From NCBI GenBank assembly GCA_950097015.1, contig CATNEN010000024.1:6944001-7008000 (forward strand): a stretch of 64,000 bases of DNA, in the 5' to 3' direction. The stretch is from Macrostomum hystrix. Its lineage: Eukaryota > Animalia > Platyhelminthes. The notes under the pieces were generated by a model that saw only the letters and a program-made list of their open reading frames with translations, was not told the DNA's origin and ran no database searches. How positions within the stretch are numbered: position 1 is the first letter of the stretch; each line of letters starts with the position of its first letter. This document shows positions 63,401-64,000 of this stretch, one piece after another. The position numbers and the translations under genes were made by a program.

Positions 63401-63988
63401 TCCGCCGCCTCCATCGAGGGCTCCGCCGCTGCCGGGGGCCTGCAGTAAAAGCTGAGCCTGCCGACACAGCGACTGCAGCAGGTCGTGAGCTGACAGGACC
63501 AGGCCGCACTCCCTGAGGAAGCGGCAGATGACTAGGGTGTCCGGACTTGCTGCCAGAGCTCGGCGATGCACCCGAAGCAGCAGGCCAGTCTTGCCGGAGC
63601 CTGGCGGGCCCTCCACCATGATGGGATAGTGCAGTGCGGAGTTGCCCTGCTCCCACAGCCGGCCCAGGCGATCGTCCAGTTCGCGGCTGGACGAAGAGTC
63701 GGTGTCAACGAAGAGCTCGCGCTGCAGCTGCCGCTGCTCCAGCTGGCGCAGGAAGTGCTCGGAGTCGTAGATGTCGCACACCAACACCCGGCCAGTACAG
63801 GCCGTAGTCGCCGGCTCCGGCTCCATGTAGGCTGATGTCGTCGCGGCGGCGGCCGCAGCCGCCTCCTCGGCAGCGAAGAACTCCGCCCGCGCCGCCCGGA
63901 GCTCCTCGACACTCTGTCGCAGACGGCCGCGCACAAACCGGAGCAGTTCGTCGATGTAGTCCTTGTGCTCCGGAAAGTCGACGTCCAA
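51433..63988 (-). CDS. NACHT and WD40 repeat protein (NWD1/NWD2-like), 5' end beyond the window. Exons >63988-62637, 60073-59786, 58072-57839, 57166-56912, 55993-55870, 55375-54799, 54399-53828, (52850-52779?), 52551-52320, 52013-51649, 51520-(51496 or stop at 51433).
   Basis: Walker A EGPPGSGKT, Walker B LVLVDDLD, GLTETELLDLL, TPQPLVF...YNYRRL, LFNFDHL, many WD40 repeats; junction phases checked. Confidence 0.88.
53357..53730 (+). mobile_element. SINE family A, full length
   Basis: Head, body and (TAT)n tail match the copy at 4040. Confidence 0.9.
54530..54700 (-). mobile_element. SINE family A, 5' part
   Basis: GGCAAACGCGTTAACCGCTCTGCCACT is the reverse complement of the head. Confidence 0.8.
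55463..55700 (+). repeat. Intronic 17-nt repeat GGATGGTGTGCTCCTGT, about 14 copies
   Basis: Visible. Confidence 0.95.
56490..56915 (+). repeat. 63-nt tandem repeat (about 7 copies) spanning an exon/intron junction
   Basis: On the minus strand each unit contains TCTATC|GTGAGG. Confidence 0.93.
57285..57530 (+). mobile_element. SINE family A, 5'-truncated
   Basis: GGCTTGGGGCTTGTCG...TGCCTGCGTACAGTATC...GGGCAGAATTGCCTCCTCGCTGGC. Confidence 0.85.
58160..59110 (+). mobile_element. SINE family A interrupted by a nested insertion
   Basis: Body 58160-58447; 3' end resumes at 59047 (ACCAAATGATGTGCCATTGCC + TTA tail). Confidence 0.88.
58448..59033 (-). mobile_element. SINE family C (586 bp), nested, with 13-bp TSD
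   Basis: Minus-strand head GGGGCGAGTGGGTCAGCGG...GTTCGATTC; tail AAATAGATAGATA; TSD CGGGTCTAGTGTC at 58435-58447 and 59034-59046. Confidence 0.82.
60262..60637 (+). repeat. Intronic 20-nt repeat GTTGATTGATCTGGGAGTTA, about 19 copies
   Basis: Visible. Confidence 0.95.
61595..61700 (+). mobile_element. Old CORE-like SINE remnant
   Basis: GGGGTCGTAGCCTA head; CACTTAATT...GCTTCAGTCCACCCAGCT. Confidence 0.5.
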
Positions 63989-64000
63989 CTGTTGTCCTGC

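Noticed and set aside
62862-63936. Overlapping ORFs around the NACHT exon
   Set aside because: Alternative-frame and antisense shadows of GC-rich coding sequence

Overview
Eukaryotic (animal) genomic DNA: GC-rich exons, AT-rich introns and spacers, many minisatellites and tRNA-derived SINEs. The style resembles a free-living flatworm such as Macrostomum; this is an inference, not shown by the sequence. Genes reconstructed by hand from GT-AG junctions: (1) a ZNFX1-like SF1 helicase / NFX1 zinc-finger protein fused to two C-terminal PARP-type ADP-ribosyltransferase domains (minus, 9377-16119); (2) casein kinase II alpha (minus); (3) CCDC113 (plus); (4-6) a co-oriented minus-strand trio of RNA-processing genes, DCAF13/SOF1 -> short-form RNase Z -> EXOSC3/Rrp40; (7) an unknown RS/RG/KE-rich 5-exon gene (plus); (8) a large NACHT-WD40 (NWD-like) gene (minus) entering from the right edge and possibly ending in a CaaX box. 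Mobile elements: three SINE families (one with a CORE-like domain, one nested inside another SINE), an internally deleted Merlin element, a 250-bp MITE, a decayed Tc1/IS630-like transposase and a hAT-like end. Best leads: the ZNFX1-tandem-ART fusion with one H-Y-E and one non-E catalytic triad, and an operon-like cluster whose RNase Z has no local genomic ATG (candidate for the spliced-leader AUG) and no tRNA-binding arm. All exon structures are manual predictions without transcript evidence.
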